A stretch of 64,000 nt of DNA from Octopus sinensis (Eukaryota): assembly GCF_006345805.1 (NCBI RefSeq), contig NC_043000.1:16802001-16866000 (forward strand), read 5' to 3'. Made by a program: the position numbers and the translations under genes. This document shows positions 59,683 to 64,000 of the stretch, one piece after another. Under the pieces are notes generated by a model that did no database searches, was not told the DNA's origin, and was given only the letters and a program-made list of their open reading frames with translations. Position 1 is the stretch's first letter; each line of letters begins with the position of its first letter.

Positions 59683-61507
59683 CTGAAAAAGATAATATGA
59701 AACTTAGTTATACTAACTGATCAAAATATACACAAAAAACATATATGTTTATGGTTGCATAAACAAATACATACATACATATGTAGTGAAGACTTGCTAT
59801 TTTGAATGAAATAGCATAATGGTTAGAAATACATACAACTTAATATACATCTGTGTATATCTAAATTCCAAACATGTACTAAACATAATTTATCTTCTGA
59901 TTTTCTGTTGGAGGCCGATAAATAACAATGGACTAAATGAGTATTTTCTTCTGAAGATCTGGCTTTTCAGTGTGATTATGAAACTGTCTACATAATGATT
60001 ACTACATAATGTACATGTATTTGCAAGTGAAACACATGTAAAGATTATGTAATTCATGATGTCACTATTAAAGAAAAACAAAACAAACAGTATCTCCTGT
60101 TTTATTCCCCTCTTGAATATATAGAAGTGTGGCTTTGTGGTAAGAAATTATGCTTCTCAACCACATGGTTTTGGGTTCAGTCCCAATGCAGGAGACCTGG
60201 GGCAAGTGTCTTCTATAGTTCCATGCTGACCAAAGCCTTACCAGTGGATCTGGTAGATGAGAACTGAAAGAAAGCCATTGTATGTATGTGTGTTACTATC
60301 TTCTTGTCAAGGGTGTAGTGGGTGCTTTTTATGTGCCACCATCATGAGGGCCAATCAGGCGTCACTGGCAACGATCATGCTCGAATGGTGCTTTTTATGT
60401 GCCAGTGGCACTGGCAACATTATATATATAGGTAGATGAATATATATTCACACAAATTAACAAAGACATAAAATCACCCAGCTTGATAGACACAGCTGTT
60501 CATGGAAATGCTTCACCTATAGCTTCAACAAGTCTCTAGATCAACAGCTCCAGTCTCTCTGAAAGAAGTGGATTTCTCTAATTATGATCTCTAAATTTTT
60601 CATCACTACATCATCATCATCATTACCATCAACAACATAATTAGTTTCTGTGGCAATAATAATTAGCATCAAATACAGCATAGCTGAATGATTGAATGCA
60701 ATGAGTTTTGGGATTTCAATGTCGAAATTTTAAATTAGCATTAATTATACATTCTACAACTCAAAGATCATTAAGGACTAATAATCTGCTGAGATCAAAT
60801 CACTTCTCTGGAAGAAACATTCCTCATTAGAAAATGGACTATCATAATTATAACATCCACTTTCCCATAGGTTGGATGTATTTCATGAAAGCAGATTTTC
60901 TACAGCCAGAAGCTGTTTCTGCTACCAATCTTCACCTGTTCTAAATACAGTTAATTCTTACTTATGGCCAAATGTGTTTTCACAGAAGATTGGAAATGAA
61001 GGACATTATTTATATCAACTATTGGTGATGTCAAGACAAGGAGACACCTACACACAAACTCACGTGTGTGTAAGCATATTATTTATACATAAATACACAC
61101 ACACTCACACACATGCAAGACAAGCTTCTTTTAGTTTCTGTCGCACAGCTTTGGTTGGCTTGAGGTTTTAGTTCACAAATCCAGACTGACCAACCAACTG
61201 TTGTTTTTTTTTTTCAGAATTAGTAGAAAGTGGTACTATAAATAATCTGTGCGTGTATGTGTATACATACAGACGCACACACATACAAACAGATTCAACA
61301 TGTACAATTGTTAATTCAGACATATATTTTCTTTCTTTCCTTTTCCTCTCTCTATCTGTTTTTTCTCCCCCATTCCTTTCTGTAGAAGAGCATAGGCTTG
61401 AAACATCAAAGACTTCCATTTTCCCTGAGTGTCAAACTAATAAACCTTGTTTGTTTGTTGCTCCTTCACTTGTCTCTGAATTTTTTTTGACCAGTTTGGG
61501 ATTATTT

Positions 61508-61571
<64 letters not shown>

Positions 61572-61574
61572 GTG

Positions 61575-61848
61575 TGTGGAGGCGCAATGGCCCAGTGGTT
61601 AAGGCAACGGACTCGCGGTTTCGATTCCCAGACCGGGTGTTGTGTGTGTTTATTGAGTGAAAACACATAAAAGCTCCATGAGGCTCCGGCAGGGGGTGGT
61701 GATCCCTGCTGTACTCTTTCTCCCACTCTTTCCTCTGTTGGCCTGCTCACTTAGCCAGCAGGGTGGCGTCATTCGAAGGCTAAAACAATGCAAACGCATT
61801 GTGACCAGCGATGTGTAACTACATCTGATGGACTGGTCGGTCACGTGA
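61575..61848 (+). mobile_element. SINE family B head with tail type 2
   Basis: Matches the 45696 copy; inserted in (AT)n. Confidence 0.82.
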
Positions 61849-62614
61849 TATATATATATATAAAGAAAATGGAGAGTGTGAATACAAAAAAAAAATCTAT
61901 TCATTTATATAATAGTCAATTTTATTTTGCCTATGCATGCTCTAATTTCTTACCATCTTCATATTTTACAGTTAAAACTGCATTATGAATTTAAAAGGTA
62001 AAAATCTCTTTAGGGCAAAATTGACACATATTCATTTACATTCTAATGGATGGAAAGTTCCTTATATATCATCATCATTTAGAGTCCGCTTTCCATGCTA
62101 GCATGGGTTGGACGGTTCAACTGGGGTCTGGGAAGCCAGAAGGCTGCACCAGGTCCAGTCTGATCTGACAGTGTTTCTACGGCTGGATGCCCTTCCTAAC
62201 ACCAACCACTCCGTCAGTGTAGTGGGTGCTTTTACGTGCCAGACGAGGCTGGCAAACGGCCACGATTGGATGGTGCTTTTTACGTGCCACCGGCACAAGT
62301 TTACGTGCCACTGCCTTGATATATGAGTTAACGAGTTAATTGATTCCCTGAGAATGCTTATCAAGCAAAAACTCATAAACAGAAAATAAAATTTGTAAAA
62401 GCTTATAAACTTGGGGTCTCATAAAGTGAGGTACTAATGTGTGTGTGTAGATGTAAATTTGTTATGAATGTGCCTGTATAAGGTACAGCATATAACTATT
62501 TATTTACAGCACCATCACACACCAAATTCATACACCTAGAAAATGTATTAATACATCTATACACATATAGGTGCATATGGAAATGCTACAGAATGAACAT
62601 GCATGAAAGAGTGA

Positions 62615-62823
62615 TTAACCCTTTAGCATTTGAACTGGCTAAACACAGCACCATTTATTCTACTCATTTTATGATCAAATCAGCTAGATCCAGTTTCTCA
62701 CACTTACCCTACAATTTCATTCTAAAAATATATAATCACACCATTAAAATCTCAAAAGCTATGAGACAATGCATGATTAATTCAAAACACTTTGAACAGA
62801 TAAATATTATGCTAAAGGGTTAA
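62615..62823 (+). mobile_element. piggyBac-like MITE (TTAA TSD)
   Basis: TTAA-CCCTTTAGCAT ... ATGCTAAAGGG-TTAA. Confidence 0.75.
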
Positions 62824-63246
62824 GAAGGACAATGTCATTCATTCATATAAGAGCAGATAGGTTCTGAGTTATTTTGAATAGTATTACTAATTACTGCAAT
62901 TACTACTACCAAACATTACCACCATCACCAAATATTATATCATTAACACTACAGCATCTACCACTATCACTACTATTACACAACAGCTACTACCATCATT
63001 GCCATTGTCACCATAAATGTTACTACTGTTATTGATTCATAGGGAAAACCCAATTTTTATGAATGAGAAACCAGAGTACAGTGATCTAATGAATACATGA
63101 ACCTCAGACACTCATACAGCCATTGGTTCAATAATTTATAATTAAATAAATAATAACAAAAATAATAATCCTTTCTACTATAGGCATACGGCCCGAAATT
63201 TTGGTGGCGAGGGCTAGGTGGTATAAGAATTCCAGAATGTCTGCAA

Positions 63247-63656
63247 GGCGCAGGAGTGGCTGTGTGGTAAGTAGCTTGCTAACCAACCACATAGTTCCGG
63301 GTTCAGTCCCACTGCGTGGCATCTTGGGCAAGTGTCTTCTGCTATAGCCCCGGGCCGACCAATGCCTTGTGAGTGGATTTGGTAGACGGAAACTGAAAGA
63401 AGCCTGTCGTATATATGTATATATATGTATATATATGTATATGTGTGTATGTGTGTGTGTTTGTCCACCTAGCATTGCTTGACAACCGATGCTGGTCTGT
63501 TTACGTCCCCGTCACTTAGCGGTTCGGCAAAAGAGACCGATAGAATAAGTACCGGGCTTACAAAGAATAAGTTCCGGGGTCGATTTGCTCGACTAAAGGT
63601 GGTGCTCCAGCATGGTCGCAGTCAAATGACTGAAACAAGTAAAAGAGCAAAAGAGT
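63247..63656 (+). mobile_element. SINE family A, full length; partial copies at about 60125-60285 and 32945-33080
   Basis: Shares diagnostic variants with the 53505 copy. Confidence 0.88.
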
Positions 63657-64000
63657 GTTTACTGCTCTCACCTGTCACACCAAATGCTAACAACTTTAAA
63701 GTAATCAATCAATATTAATTTTAATTTAAGAAGAAACTTATCTTCAACCTCCATCATTATTGAAAGCTGTAGCAGATTACTGGAGCTTGTCCCAATTTTT
63801 CTGGCTTTTAGGAAATGAAAAATCTCTACCACCTGGATAGGATGTTCATCTTACATGAGTTATTTAAACACATTGCTAAAACCTAACAAAACACTTGTGA
63901 ATTATTCACCACCAACTTTTGATTTTATAAGTCCGCTTTCCAGACCCCAGTTGAACCGTCCAACCCATGCTAGCATGGAAAGCGGACGTTAAACGATGAT

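Noticed and set aside
59683-64000. Search for the upstream exon (NGLNALHLA-type repeat 2)
   Set aside because: Not found; it must lie beyond the window

Overview
AT-rich, repeat-dense animal genomic DNA. The SINE families, Helitrons and dense (TA)n/(AAT)n/(GAT)n microsatellites suggest an octopus or other coleoid cephalopod (inference). One gene spans the window on the minus strand: a canonical ankyrin (ANK2/unc-44/Drosophila Ank2-like). I traced 18 GT-AG exons by hand from 59682 down to 1395. They total 2239 nt (746 codons + 1 nt) and encode about ANK repeats 3-24 of the membrane-binding domain plus the start of the linker ([22 protein letters not shown]). The 5' exons and the ZU5/UPA/death-domain exons lie outside the window. 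Introns hold tRNA-headed SINEs (several families, many with TSDs), CR1- and RTE-type LINE 3' fragments, three non-autonomous Helitrons, hAT-, mariner- and piggyBac-like MITEs, and minisatellites. Most ORF-track entries are low-complexity or repeat artefacts. The best unexplained signal is a nearly canonical type I hammerhead ribozyme (50402-50452, + strand) with the palindromic stem III typical of Penelope-like-element ribozymes, enclosed by 61-bp inverted repeats inside a (TA)n tract. Other notable items are a head-to-head SINE dimer bounded by one 19-bp TSD, a 28-bp perfect intronic hairpin, tandem ERE/CCAAT-like units and candidate microexons.
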